Origin: Candidatus Uhrbacteria bacterium
GTDB lineage: Bacteria > Patescibacteriota > Patescibacteriia > JACPHY01
Reading direction: 5' to 3'
Assembly: GCA_016188355.1 (NCBI GenBank)
Contig: JACPHY010000001.1
Span: 111,505-175,504, forward strand
Length of the DNA stretch: 64,000 nt
Shown here: positions 1 through 10,345 of the stretch, piece by piece
How the letters are laid out: each line of letters starts with the position of its first letter
Position numbering within the stretch: position 1 is the first letter of the stretch
Notes under the pieces: generated by a model
Told to the model about the DNA's origin: nothing
Seen by the model: only the letters and a program-made list of their open reading frames with translations
The model's database searches: none
Made by a program: the position numbers and the translations under genes

Positions 1-1293
<1,293 letters not shown>

Positions 1294-1305
1294 GGGTGGT
1301 AACGC

Positions 1306-1317
1306 GGGGGGGGGGGG
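1306..1317. repeat. G12 homopolymer tract in the ligA-gatC intergenic spacer
   Basis: Twelve consecutive G read directly from the sequence. It could be a slipped-strand/phase-variable tract or an assembly artefact. Confidence 0.6.
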
Positions 1318-1390
1318 ATGTGGTTTTGGTGTCTCTTGTCTCGTTTTGTTTGTGCGGTTATGGCTGGAGATGCGCTCGGGGTGCCTTGGT

Positions 1391-1408
1391 CTTATTCGTA
1401 CGAATAAG
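1391..1408. promoter_or_regulatory. Perfect 18-bp palindrome CTTATTCGTACGAATAAG. Candidate operator / dimeric regulator binding site upstream of gatC.
   Basis: The sequence equals its own reverse complement. It is AT-rich in GC-rich DNA, lies about 145 nt upstream of the gatC start and is followed by a partial repeat GAATAATACGAA. Confidence 0.5.
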
Positions 1409-1551
1409 CGAATAATACGAACACTCCGCATGATGCTGGCGGATGTGGAGGAACTGCGTTACGCTGGCAGAGCACAATGGCGACCCTGGTGATCTGCGGT
1501 CAGACCATCGAATGGAAAGGTGATTGGGGTACGAGAAATATCCGTGATGCT

Positions 1552-1848
1552 ATGGCACTCACTCGTGCGGATGTCCTTCATCTTGCGAAACTTGCTCGGA
1601 TGACGTTGACCGATACGGAGGTGGACCATTACACGGCCCAGCTGTCTTCAGTGCTCGCGTATATTGATCAATTGCAGGAAGTGGATGTGACCGGTGTGGA
1701 TGCGGTCGCGCACCTGACGGGTTTGGAGAATGTCACCCGCGAAGATGTGGTGCACGGATGTGGAGCAGAGGAGCGGGAACGTATCCTCGCACAATTTCCC
1801 ATGCGAGAAGGCGATCTCCTCAAAGCGCGTGGCGTATTCGGATCGTAG
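1552..1848 (+). CDS. gatC: Asp/Glu-tRNA amidotransferase subunit C
   Basis: MALTRADVLHLAKLARMTLTDTEVDHYTAQLSSVLAYIDQLQEVDV is the typical GatC architecture. The internal Met at 1552 was chosen over the long ORF start at 1477. Confidence 0.8.
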   Translation: MALTRADVLHLAKLARMTLTDTEVDHYTAQLSSVLAYIDQLQEVDVTGVDAVAHLTGLENVTREDVVHGCGAEERERILAQFPMREGDLLKARGVFGS

Positions 1849-1866
1849 CCACGCGACGCAACGCAT

Positions 1867-2394
1867 ATGACGTTTCGTGCTCGCTCCGGTTTTCTCTCGA
1901 TCGATGCGCTCCTCCTGGCGTTCGCGTTGACCGCTTCGTTGTTTTTGGGCAGTGCGCGTCCGGCGGCGCGATCGTCCGCTCTTACCCGTCCGGAGTCCCG
2001 GGATGCGAAGCGCCTCTCCGATATGCGACAACTGCAAACAGCGCTGGAAATATACTACGCCGACCTTGGTGGGTATCCGGCGGGATCATTTTCCATGCTC
2101 GGCGATGCGGCGACGACCTGTTTGCATGCGAGGGGATTTGCGCCGGGTGGTTGCAGTAATCCGTACATGGGGGAGGTTCCCAAGAATCCCGAGCCGGGTG
2201 GCCGGCCCTATCACTACACCGCGTATCGAGATATGGCGCATCGGCAGGTATGTGCGCGCGCGCCGTGCCCGGGATTCGAAATCGCGTTTGATCTTGAATT
2301 CGCAAAGCCCGACACCGGAGACCGAATGCGTGATACGGCCGCTCGTGGCGTGGCGCATTGCATTGTTTCAGAAAACGGTATGCGCTGCCGATGA
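1867..2394 (+). CDS. Type IV pilin / pseudopilin-like protein with a prepilin-type N-terminus. It is inserted between gatC and gatA.
   Basis: N-terminal R-S-G|FLSIDALLLAFAL hydrophobic helix, followed by the RDAKRLSDMRQLQTALEIYYADLGGYP motif typical of CPR-type pilins. Confidence 0.7.
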   Translation: MTFRARSGFLSIDALLLAFALTASLFLGSARPAARSSALTRPESRDAKRLSDMRQLQTALEIYYADLGGYPAGSFSMLGDAATTCLHARGFAPGGCSNPYMGEVPKNPEPGGRPYHYTAYRDMAHRQVCARAPCPGFEIAFDLEFAKPDTGDRMRDTAARGVAHCIVSENGMRCR

Positions 2395-2409
2395 GGCGCG
2401 TTCCTGGGT

Positions 2410-3879
2410 ATGGAATACACTTCCGTTACTGACCTTGCTGCAGGATTGCGTGCGCGATCCTATTCGGCAGAAGAATTGACCCGTTCCTACATTGATCGGA
2501 TCGCGGCGCGCGATTCGCGTGTGGGTGCGTACCTCCATCGCATGGAGGAGGATGCGCTGATGACGGCACGTCGTGTGGATGCCATGATTGCGTGCGGGGA
2601 GGAGCTCATGCCGCTCGCGGGTATTCCGATGGCAGTGAAAGATGTGCTGCTTGTGGCCGGACATCCGGCAACTGCGGCATCGAAAATGCTCGAACCATAC
2701 GTAGCGGCGTACGATGCCACGGTAGTTGCGAAGCTCAAACAGCAGGACGCCGTACTCCTCGGGAAAACGAATTGTGATGAATTTGCGATGGGTTCGTCCA
2801 CCGAGAATTCGGCATACCAGAAAACGAGCAATCCTTGGGATGTGGCCGTAGTTCCCGGCGGATCCTCCGGCGGTTCTGCGGCGGCGGTTGCAGCAGATTT
2901 GTGTGCGGCATCGCTCGGTACAGACACTGGTGGATCGGTGCGTCAGCCGGCGAGTCTCTGTGGAGTCGTGGGTCTCAAGCCGACGTACGGCGCGGTGTCG
3001 CGGTACGGGCTTATTGCCATGGCGTCGAGTTTTGATGTGGTGGGTCCATTTACGCGGACCGTCGCCGATGCGCGGCTGGTGTTTGCGGCGATCGCCGGGA
3101 GCGATCCGAAGGATGCGACCACGCAGGAGCCGCGGACCACCGGCCAGCGGCCACCGGCCGTACGCGGACTTCGGGTGGGCATTCCGAAGGAGTATTTTGC
3201 TTCCGGTATCGATCCGGATGTGGAAGCGGCGGTGCGCGAAGCGATTCGGGTGATCGAGGGATTGGGGTGCACGATCGAAGAGGTTTCGCTCCCGCACACG
3301 CAGTATGGGCTTGCCGTGTATTACGTGCTCATGCCGTCGGAGGTCTCTGCGAACCTCGCGCGTTTTGACGGGATTCGGTACGGCGCATCGCTCGCCCGCA
3401 CGGAGCCGCACGCCGCCTTGCCGCGCGTGTACACGGAAACACGCACCCAGGGATTCGGTCCGGAGACGCGTCGTCGGATCATGCTCGGCACGTACGCGCT
3501 CTCGAAGGGATATGCGGATAAGTACTATACACGCGCACTCGCGGTGCGTGCGTTGCTCAAGCAGGATTTTGAGCGCGCATTTGCGAGCGTGGATGTGCTC
3601 CTAACGCCCACCGCGCCAACTCCCGCGTGGTCGTTCGGTGCGAAAACGGACGATCCGTTGCAGATGTACCTCTCCGATGTGTTTACGGTTTCCGCAAACG
3701 TCGTCGGGATTCCGGGTATGTCCGTCCCCTGTGGGTTTGTGGAACGGAGCGGCAAGCGCTTGCCCGTAGGTCTCCAGCTGCTCGGTCGTTGGTTTGACGA
3801 GTCCACGCTATTTGATCTGGGAGAGGCGTATCAGGAAGCCACGACTTGGCATCGGGAGCGACCGCCGCTAGCATCGTAG
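2410..3879 (+). CDS. gatA: Glutamyl-tRNA(Gln) amidotransferase subunit A
   Basis: Amidase signature GGSSGGSAAAVAA, KDV...G motif, length 489 aa. No gatB is adjacent. Confidence 0.92.
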   Translation: MEYTSVTDLAAGLRARSYSAEELTRSYIDRIAARDSRVGAYLHRMEEDALMTARRVDAMIACGEELMPLAGIPMAVKDVLLVAGHPATAASKMLEPYVAAYDATVVAKLKQQDAVLLGKTNCDEFAMGSSTENSAYQKTSNPWDVAVVPGGSSGGSAAAVAADLCAASLGTDTGGSVRQPASLCGVVGLKPTYGAVSRYGLIAMASSFDVVGPFTRTVADARLVFAAIAGSDPKDATTQEPRTTGQRPPAVRGLRVGIPKEYFASGIDPDVEAAVREAIRVIEGLGCTIEEVSLPHTQYGLAVYYVLMPSEVSANLARFDGIRYGASLARTEPHAALPRVYTETRTQGFGPETRRRIMLGTYALSKGYADKYYTRALAVRALLKQDFERAFASVDVLLTPTAPTPAWSFGAKTDDPLQMYLSDVFTVSANVVGIPGMSVPCGFVERSGKRLPVGLQLLGRWFDESTLFDLGEAYQEATTWHRERPPLAS

Positions 3880-3930
3880 TCACGAATGCGTAACGAATCA
3901 TCCCCAGGACGTGCGTCCTGGGGATCGATG

Positions 3931-4992
3931 TTACTGGAGGATCATGAACGTGCCGTCGGGCAGCTGGCGGGCGAGTGTGTATCTCCCGCTTTTTTCGGCA
4001 GCGGCGAAAGCGGCATCGGCTGCGCGGCGACGGTGCTCCGGGCTGAGATGGTACATGGCGGCCACACGGTACGCGCCGAGAGCATCGTGTTCCGCAAGCC
4101 GCTCGTCATACCATGCGGTTGCAGCGCGTGTTCGATGCTCGGCCGTAAGTCCGCTTTTTGGTCGGTACGCGAGACTGAGCGCTTCTCGGAACTTGCCGTC
4201 ACGGAGCAGTTGTTCGAATTGCTGATTCGTGAGTTCTGATATTTCCGGAACGGTCCTGGAGATGGGCCGTGTGGTGACGAGCTCGATGATCCGTTCCTTC
4301 TGATGGTTGCCGATGGCGGAAGCGAGCTCGGAATCGGCGACTCGCGTTTCTATTCGGCGCAGTACTTCCGGAGGGACGCGGTTTTGGTAGAGATGCGATA
4401 AATGGATCGCGGGATACAGGAAATTGTGCGACTCGGCCCAGGTGAGAATGGACAGTATTTGTGCGTCGGTGGGCGGATGTCGTTCCCGGAATTCTTGTTC
4501 GTCGAAGCTCGGACCATCGAGCCATCGCAGCGCCACGATCGCCTCGTGGTATGGAGACGTTGGGCACCAGGATATCGTATGGAGGAGTGCGTCCGCTGTT
4601 TTTGCTTCCCCTCCGAGTACTCCTATGGAGAATCGATCCGTGTATCGGGAATCCGCATAGCGCGTGAGTGCCCGTTCCACGATGCCACAGATGGTTGCGG
4701 TGGGCAGCTGTGCAGCGTCTGCGGTGACCGCAAAGGCAAGATGATTCCCAATCCATGCGCGCGACGAGGTTTCGGTTTGGATGGCGGTAGCGAGGAGTTT
4801 GTGAAACGCGTCCTGGGATATGAGCACGGAATGCTCTTTGGCTATTACCATCGCCTGTTTCGGGTCGCCGGAGGCAAGGTGATGGTGGATTTTGCTGATG
4901 ATGGACGACCGGAGCGACCAGGCGCTCCCCGCAATAAGAAGGATGCTGCAGAGCATCACGAAGACTGCCGGCTTTTTCCAGTTCGCGTTCAC
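3931..4992 (-). CDS. Hypothetical protein with N-terminal signal/TM segment
   Basis: 353-aa ORF with a hydrophobic N-terminus (AVFVMLCSILLIAGSAWS). No recognisable domain. Confidence 0.45.
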   Translation of the reverse strand: MNANWKKPAVFVMLCSILLIAGSAWSLRSSIISKIHHHLASGDPKQAMVIAKEHSVLISQDAFHKLLATAIQTETSSRAWIGNHLAFAVTADAAQLPTATICGIVERALTRYADSRYTDRFSIGVLGGEAKTADALLHTISWCPTSPYHEAIVALRWLDGPSFDEQEFRERHPPTDAQILSILTWAESHNFLYPAIHLSHLYQNRVPPEVLRRIETRVADSELASAIGNHQKERIIELVTTRPISRTVPEISELTNQQFEQLLRDGKFREALSLAYRPKSGLTAEHRTRAATAWYDERLAEHDALGAYRVAAMYHLSPEHRRRAADAAFAAAEKSGRYTLARQLPDGTFMILQ

Positions 4993-5065
4993 GGTGTTTC
5001 CTTCCTCGTTGGTTGAGAATGTGCGAATCGATCATGCCAAAGGGCGATGATTCGGTCAAGCGCAA

Positions 5066-5094
5066 CCACCCCCAAGCATGATGCTTGGGGGTGG
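5066..5094 (-). terminator. Strong GC-rich hairpin downstream of the dsbA-like gene (14-bp stem CCACCCCCAAGCAT / ATGCTTGGGGGTGG)
   Basis: Perfect inverted repeat read from the sequence, sitting between the stop of 5109..5870(-) and the start of 3931..4992(-). It lacks a clear U-tract, so it is a terminator or structural element. Confidence 0.45.
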
Positions 5095-5108
5095 TGGTGC
5101 GGAGGGGC

Positions 5109-5870
5109 CTATTGATTGAGCGCCTGCTCGATGAGGCTCTTCAATTGTGCGTAGGGGACTGCGCCGGGCACTTCCATGCCGTTCACGTAACTGGCGGGCG
5201 TACCGCGGACGCCGATGGCGAGTCCCGATTGCTCCTGTCCCTCCACCTTCTTCTGGTACTTTCGGGAAGTGACGCAGTCGTTGAACTGTTTCTCATTGAG
5301 CTTCAGGTCTTTCGCGATCCGCTTGTAGAGATCGGGCCCGAGTGCATCCTGCTGCTCAAAGAGTTTGTCCGCGTATTCCCAGAATTTGCCCTGCTCCGAC
5401 GCGCATTCCGATGCTTCTGCGGCGGGCCGTGCATTCGGGTGAATAGATTCCAGTGGGAAATGCCGATACACCCATCGCACCTTGTCTCCATATTCGCTCA
5501 TGGCCTGACGGACGGTGGGGTGGAAGCGTGAGCAGAAGGGGCATTGAAAATCCGACCATTCCACAATCGTTACTTTTGCATTGGGATTCCCACGGATGTG
5601 GTCATCATCGGTTACCGTGATATTGACGGGGCCACTGGGCGCTGCATCTGGTGCGGCCCCACTCGGTGCCGTGGGCGCGGTGGGCGCCGCAGCGGTGCCG
5701 GTGTCCGCCGGCTTCCCGGATTGTGCGCGAATCGCTCCCGGCAGGAGAATGAGGAAACCGAGCAGGCCAATCGTGCCGACGCCACATGCCATGCCCACCC
5801 CAAACGCGGTGCGGACCGGAACGTGATCTACCCAACCCGAGCGACTATCGGAATGCGTGTCGTGATCCAT
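5109..5870 (-). CDS. DsbA-family thiol:disulfide oxidoreductase (thioredoxin fold), membrane anchored, with an Ala/Pro-rich linker
   Basis: CPFC active site in WSDFQCPFCSRF, with a DsbA-like downstream pattern and an N-terminal TM helix. Confidence 0.75.
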   Translation of the reverse strand: MDHDTHSDSRSGWVDHVPVRTAFGVGMACGVGTIGLLGFLILLPGAIRAQSGKPADTGTAAAPTAPTAPSGAAPDAAPSGPVNITVTDDDHIRGNPNAKVTIVEWSDFQCPFCSRFHPTVRQAMSEYGDKVRWVYRHFPLESIHPNARPAAEASECASEQGKFWEYADKLFEQQDALGPDLYKRIAKDLKLNEKQFNDCVTSRKYQKKVEGQEQSGLAIGVRGTPASYVNGMEVPGAVPYAQLKSLIEQALNQ

Positions 5871-5997
5871 AGAGGAAACAAATACGTCTACTCGTCAGTG
5901 TACCAAGGGGCATGGGAACGACGCAATGGAAGTTGAGGGAGATTCAGGTGCGCGGTACGCTACCAGGAGAGTATAACGGTATCTCCAGTATCTCGGT

Positions 5998-6666
5998 ATG
6001 CGCCAGCTCGTCATTGACATTGAAACCAGTGCCCCAGAATTTGATTCGTTTGATGTGGAAACGCAGGAGTATCTCCTCAAGCGGGCAAATACGCCGGAGA
6101 AAATTGCGGAAGTAAAAGAGCGGTTGAATATTTTCCCATTGACCGGAGAAATTGTGGCGATTGGGATGGTGGATGTGGCGACGGAGCAGGGAACGGTATA
6201 TTACCAGGCTCCCGGTCGCACCATTGCGCCGTTTACGGAGGATGGGACGCACTACGTTGCGGGGACGGAAGCGGAGTGTCTCCAGCGATTCTGGTCCGCT
6301 AGTGCCGACGCCGACCGCATTATCACCTTCAATGGCCGGGCATTCGATGCGCCGTGGCTCCTCCTACGGTCGTTGGTGCACGGTATTCCGGCAGCGCGTA
6401 ACCTCATGCCGCCGCGGTACTCGACCGGGTTTCATGTAGACCTAGCGGATCAGCTCACCTATTACGGCGCCGTGCGTAACTTCTCGCTCGATTTTTGGTG
6501 CAAGACGCTCGGCATTCCTAGCCCGAAAACGGACATTTCCGGCGCAGATGTCCCGTCTATCTATCGCGCAGGGGAATACGAACGGATTGCGCGGTACTGT
6601 ATTCGTGATGTGCGTGCGACGCGGGTGCTGTTCCTGAAGTGGGAAGCGACGATCGGTCAATGGTAA
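5998..6666 (+). CDS. RNase H-like 3'-5' exonuclease related to the PolB exonuclease domain (YprB/PF13482-like), paralog 1
   Basis: Exo I DIET, Exo II FNGRAFDAPWL and Exo III YCIRDVRAT motifs. It is paralogous to 56281..57012. Confidence 0.7.
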   Translation: MRQLVIDIETSAPEFDSFDVETQEYLLKRANTPEKIAEVKERLNIFPLTGEIVAIGMVDVATEQGTVYYQAPGRTIAPFTEDGTHYVAGTEAECLQRFWSASADADRIITFNGRAFDAPWLLLRSLVHGIPAARNLMPPRYSTGFHVDLADQLTYYGAVRNFSLDFWCKTLGIPSPKTDISGADVPSIYRAGEYERIARYCIRDVRATRVLFLKWEATIGQW

Positions 6667-7433
6667 TGGATATGCCCATGGAATCGGTAACTACGATTTG
6701 GCTCGGGCCGGTTCCGGTGCACGTGTGGGGTGTTTTCGTAGCGGCGGGCATGATGGTGGCTTTGGCGATTGCCGTACGGCGAGCGCCTCGGGTGGGTATT
6801 CCGGCAGAGCGAGTACTAGATATTTCGATCGGTATCCTCATCGCGGGGTTTGTGGGTGCGCGATTGGGGCATGTGACGTTCTACGAACCGTCCTATTATC
6901 TGGCTGCTCCGATCGAAATATTGAAAATTTGGAACGGCGGCCTCTCCTCGTTTGGGGCATTTTTGATTGCCACCATTGTTGGGGCGCTGCTCGTTCGGAG
7001 GAGCGGAATTTCACTGCGCCGCTTCAGCGATCTCATATTTCGGGCGCTTCCCTTTGGATTTATCATTGGCCGTTTGGGGTGTCATATCACCCGGATGCAC
7101 CCGGGTCCGATCGGCTCGGGGTGGGGCTACTTCCCGTTTCCGGATGGATTCACGCGACTCGACCTCGGACTCCTGGAGGCGGTGCTCTGGGCGGTCATTG
7201 CTATTCCCGCGCTATTCGTGGATCGTGCAGATGCACATCCCGGGCGTGTGACGGCAGTGGTGATTGGTATGTACGCATTGGGTCGATTTGGCCTCGATTT
7301 TCTTCGTGCGATGGACACACGATATTTCGGACTCACGCCGGCACAGTATGGATGCATGGTGCTCCTCGTCATCGCTGTCGCATGGGGGCGGGGCGCCTGG
7401 GTGGCGGGTGCTCGATCAGGGAAGAGTGTGTGA
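6666..7433 (+). CDS. lgt: Prolipoprotein diacylglyceryl transferase
   Basis: Multi-TM protein with the IIGRLGCHITRMHPG signature region. The start is ambiguous (Met at 6660/6666/6672/6678); the 6666 start overlaps the upstream stop (TAATG). Confidence 0.8.
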   Translation: MDMPMESVTTIWLGPVPVHVWGVFVAAGMMVALAIAVRRAPRVGIPAERVLDISIGILIAGFVGARLGHVTFYEPSYYLAAPIEILKIWNGGLSSFGAFLIATIVGALLVRRSGISLRRFSDLIFRALPFGFIIGRLGCHITRMHPGPIGSGWGYFPFPDGFTRLDLGLLEAVLWAVIAIPALFVDRADAHPGRVTAVVIGMYALGRFGLDFLRAMDTRYFGLTPAQYGCMVLLVIAVAWGRGAWVAGARSGKSV

Positions 7434-7437
7434 TCGT

Positions 7438-8964
7438 ATGTGGAATTACCGCATCACCACCTTCCTGACCGGCGCTGCCGTCATGATTGCGGAGATTGGA
7501 GCGGCGCGTGCGTTGGCGCCGTATTTTGGAACGTCCATTGTGGTGTGGACGAATATTATTGGGAGCATTCTCGTGGCGTTGAGCGTGGGGTACTGGATCG
7601 GTGGTCGATGGGCGGAACGTTGTCCCGATCGGCGGTGTTTAGGCGGAATCATCATGAGTGCGGGTGCCTTGCTCCTCCTCCCGGGTTTCGCCACTCCCCT
7701 GATTGCGCGCGGCATGATCGGGGATACGCCATGGTTGGGTAGTGGATTTACTGCGTTGCTTTTCGGATCACTCTTGGTCATCGTGTTGCTGTTCGTGGTG
7801 CCGATCGCGCTCCTGGGTATGGTGAGTCCGTTCGTGCTCAAGCTAGCGGCGCGGGAACGGAGTGACATTGGCGCAATCGCGGGGCAACTGTATGCCATTT
7901 CCACGATTGGTAGTCTGGTGGGCACATTTCTCCCGACACTCGTCCTTCTGCCCACTCTGGGAACGCGACGCACGGTGCTCGCTGCGGCAACGTTGTTGTT
8001 GGTGCTTGGCGCGGCACAGTTTGTCCGTCGGCGCGTCTCGGTCGTGGCTGTGGGTGTGGTCGGTTTGTTGCTCATCGCGCTTCCGGAACATCCTCCGGCA
8101 TGGTGGGGGGGAGGAACGGTGATTGCGGCGGTGGATTCGCCTTACCAATTCATTCGCGTGGTGGATCATCCGCGCATTGCGTACGGATCTCCTGGTCGTG
8201 CACTCGTGTTCAATGAAGGGTTGAGCACGCAATCGCTCGCGGTACGTTCCGGGGATGCGCTCCAAGGATATTTTGCGGTCGCGGCTGCGTTGCCGGGCGC
8301 ATTCGCGGAGCAGCCCGTATCAGTACTCATTCTCGGGAATGCAGGTGGGACGGTCGGCGCAGCGATGCAGCAGTGGTTTCCGAAGGGCGCGGTGGAGATT
8401 ACCGGTGTGGAGATTGACCCCGCCGTCACCGCGCTGGCGCGCGCGACGTTTGCTCATTTTCCGGAGTATCCGATTGCGCATACGGACAGCCGTGTGTTTT
8501 TGGAACGGAACCAGCGGCAGTACGACCTCATTCTGGTGGATGCGTACACGAATCAGTTGACGATTCCGTCGCACCTGGTGACGCGGGAGTTCTTCCAGCT
8601 CCTTCAACGCCGTCTGACGCCGCGTGGGTTTATTGCGATGAATATCAATGCGCCGCGCGCGGATTCTCCGTTACTGCAAATCCTTCTGGCGACGGTTGCC
8701 GATGTTTTTCCGCGGGTGACGGTAGGACATGCGGGGACGGCGTGGAATTATCTCGTGACGGGAAGCGATGCGCCGATTGCGTGGGAGCGACTCCCGACGG
8801 TGGCGATGCCGGAACCGTCACGCGCCAGCGTGCATGCGTATCTCGCACAGCAGGCGGTCGTGCATCGCAATGATGTCGCACGAAAGCTCACAGATGATTG
8901 GGCACCGATTGAACTCATGACGGACGCGGAAGTGTTCACGGCTCTGCGAATGCACCGCGAGTAA
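7438..8964 (+). CDS. Spermidine-synthase-family (PABS) aminopropyltransferase/methyltransferase fused to an N-terminal multi-TM domain
   Basis: Seven or more TM helices, then a Rossmann region ILGNAGGTVG...VEITGVEIDPAV...YDLILVDAYT. The ATG at 7438 lies inside the longer ORF 7264..8964. Confidence 0.75.
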   Translation: MWNYRITTFLTGAAVMIAEIGAARALAPYFGTSIVVWTNIIGSILVALSVGYWIGGRWAERCPDRRCLGGIIMSAGALLLLPGFATPLIARGMIGDTPWLGSGFTALLFGSLLVIVLLFVVPIALLGMVSPFVLKLAARERSDIGAIAGQLYAISTIGSLVGTFLPTLVLLPTLGTRRTVLAAATLLLVLGAAQFVRRRVSVVAVGVVGLLLIALPEHPPAWWGGGTVIAAVDSPYQFIRVVDHPRIAYGSPGRALVFNEGLSTQSLAVRSGDALQGYFAVAAALPGAFAEQPVSVLILGNAGGTVGAAMQQWFPKGAVEITGVEIDPAVTALARATFAHFPEYPIAHTDSRVFLERNQRQYDLILVDAYTNQLTIPSHLVTREFFQLLQRRLTPRGFIAMNINAPRADSPLLQILLATVADVFPRVTVGHAGTAWNYLVTGSDAPIAWERLPTVAMPEPSRASVHAYLAQQAVVHRNDVARKLTDDWAPIELMTDAEVFTALRMHRE

Positions 8965-8971
8965 TATTTTT

Positions 8972-9340
8972 ATGGGAGCATGCGTGGAATTCAATGCGAG
9001 CATGGCATTGCGGGATATCGCGGAATATCATGCCGGTCGTCGGAAGCTGGCCGAGTGCGTTCCGGAGACGCTCGCGGTGGGCGCGGTGCACGAGTTTTGG
9101 AAATCCGGGCATCGCATCTACCGTCTCGATCTCGAGACCCCACTTCGGAAGACCACCGGCAACTGTAACGTAACGCGGCCGTTCGCCAGCGTCCGGATCC
9201 TTGAGGTGACGCATGTGTTGGTCGACGGGGCGCCGGTCACCCGTGGCCGATATTGTCTGTTGGAGGTGTTCGATCCGCAGGATCCGACCGTGCATTTTGA
9301 AGGCGTCCTCCGCGTATCGAAGGGTGGACCGATCGAGTAG
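8972..9340 (+). CDS. Hypothetical small protein
   Basis: 122-aa ORF in a compact gene array. No recognisable motif. Confidence 0.35.
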   Translation: MGACVEFNASMALRDIAEYHAGRRKLAECVPETLAVGAVHEFWKSGHRIYRLDLETPLRKTTGNCNVTRPFASVRILEVTHVLVDGAPVTRGRYCLLEVFDPQDPTVHFEGVLRVSKGGPIE

Positions 9341-9361
9341 TGTCTGTTTTTTGTTTTTTGT

Positions 9362-10345
9362 ATGGCGCGTGTCATTACGATTTTGGGTGCGGGAAACATG
9401 GGTACTGCGCTCGCGACGGTGCTCGCCGCGAATCGGTACGAGGTGGTGCTGTGGTCGATTGAGCCGGAGGTGGTTGCGGAGATTACGACGCAGCACCGTA
9501 CGGAAAAGTACCTTCCCGGCATGGTACTGCCGCCGCAGGTGACGGCTACGGGCGACCTGTCACAAGCGATGGCCAGTGCGCGCGGAGTCATTTTTGCGGT
9601 TCCTTCCTCGGTGATTGTACGGGTCGCTGCAGACGTTGCATCACACTGCGGGGTGCGCATGCCGGTGTTGAGTGTGGCCAAGGGGATTGATGCGGATACG
9701 CTGCAACCGTTGTCGGAGTGTATCGCGGGTGCATTGGGTCGTCGGCGCGGCACCGTGGCTGGACTAGCGGGTCCTGCGGTGGCCATGGAATTCGCCCGCG
9801 GCACCCCGACCGCCGTCGTGGTTGCCGGCACTCCTCTGGTGACGCGATTTTGGCAACGCGCATTCCGGCGGCCAGCATTTCACGTGGAGGAATCTCGGGA
9901 TCTCCGTGGGGTTTCTTGGGCGGCATGTCTCAAGAATGTGTATGCCGTGGCATTGGGCATGGGTGATGGGCTGGGTTTTACCATGAATACGAAGGCACTC
10001 CTCGTCACGCAGGCATTACGGGAAATGGCCACCTGTCTGGATCGGGTCTCGGCGCATCGTGCTACGGTGTATGGTCTCGCGGGGTTGGGTGATCTCGTGA
10101 CCACGGGGTTTTCTCCACATGGGCGAAATCGTCAGTTCGGTGCGCGCATCTGTGCTGGTACGCAATGCGATATCCCTGCAGTGCTGCGCACCATGACGGT
10201 GGAGGGTGTCGCCGCGGCGCAGGTGGCGCATCGGTGGGCGCGCGCGCAGCGTCTCCGGCTGCCGTTATTGGAACTCGTGTGGCGGGTGTGCCATCGAAAT
10301 GCAGATCCCACGCAGGCGATGCGCGCCTATCTCCAAGCGATATGA
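9362..10345 (+). CDS. gpsA: NAD(P)H-dependent glycerol-3-phosphate dehydrogenase
   Basis: ITILGAGNMGTALA dinucleotide fold and the family architecture, 327 aa. Confidence 0.9.
   Translation: MARVITILGAGNMGTALATVLAANRYEVVLWSIEPEVVAEITTQHRTEKYLPGMVLPPQVTATGDLSQAMASARGVIFAVPSSVIVRVAADVASHCGVRMPVLSVAKGIDADTLQPLSECIAGALGRRRGTVAGLAGPAVAMEFARGTPTAVVVAGTPLVTRFWQRAFRRPAFHVEESRDLRGVSWAACLKNVYAVALGMGDGLGFTMNTKALLVTQALREMATCLDRVSAHRATVYGLAGLGDLVTTGFSPHGRNRQFGARICAGTQCDIPAVLRTMTVEGVAAAQVAHRWARAQRLRLPLLELVWRVCHRNADPTQAMRAYLQAI

Noticed and set aside
2368-3411. 347-aa ORF on the - strand and other long ORFs antisense to gatA, ligA (241..972), copA (18830..19834), SLT (39030..40283), recQ (56825..57934, 58160..59236) and dinB (60488..61349)
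   Set aside because: All lie opposite genes with unambiguous catalytic motifs. These are high-GC shadow ORFs.
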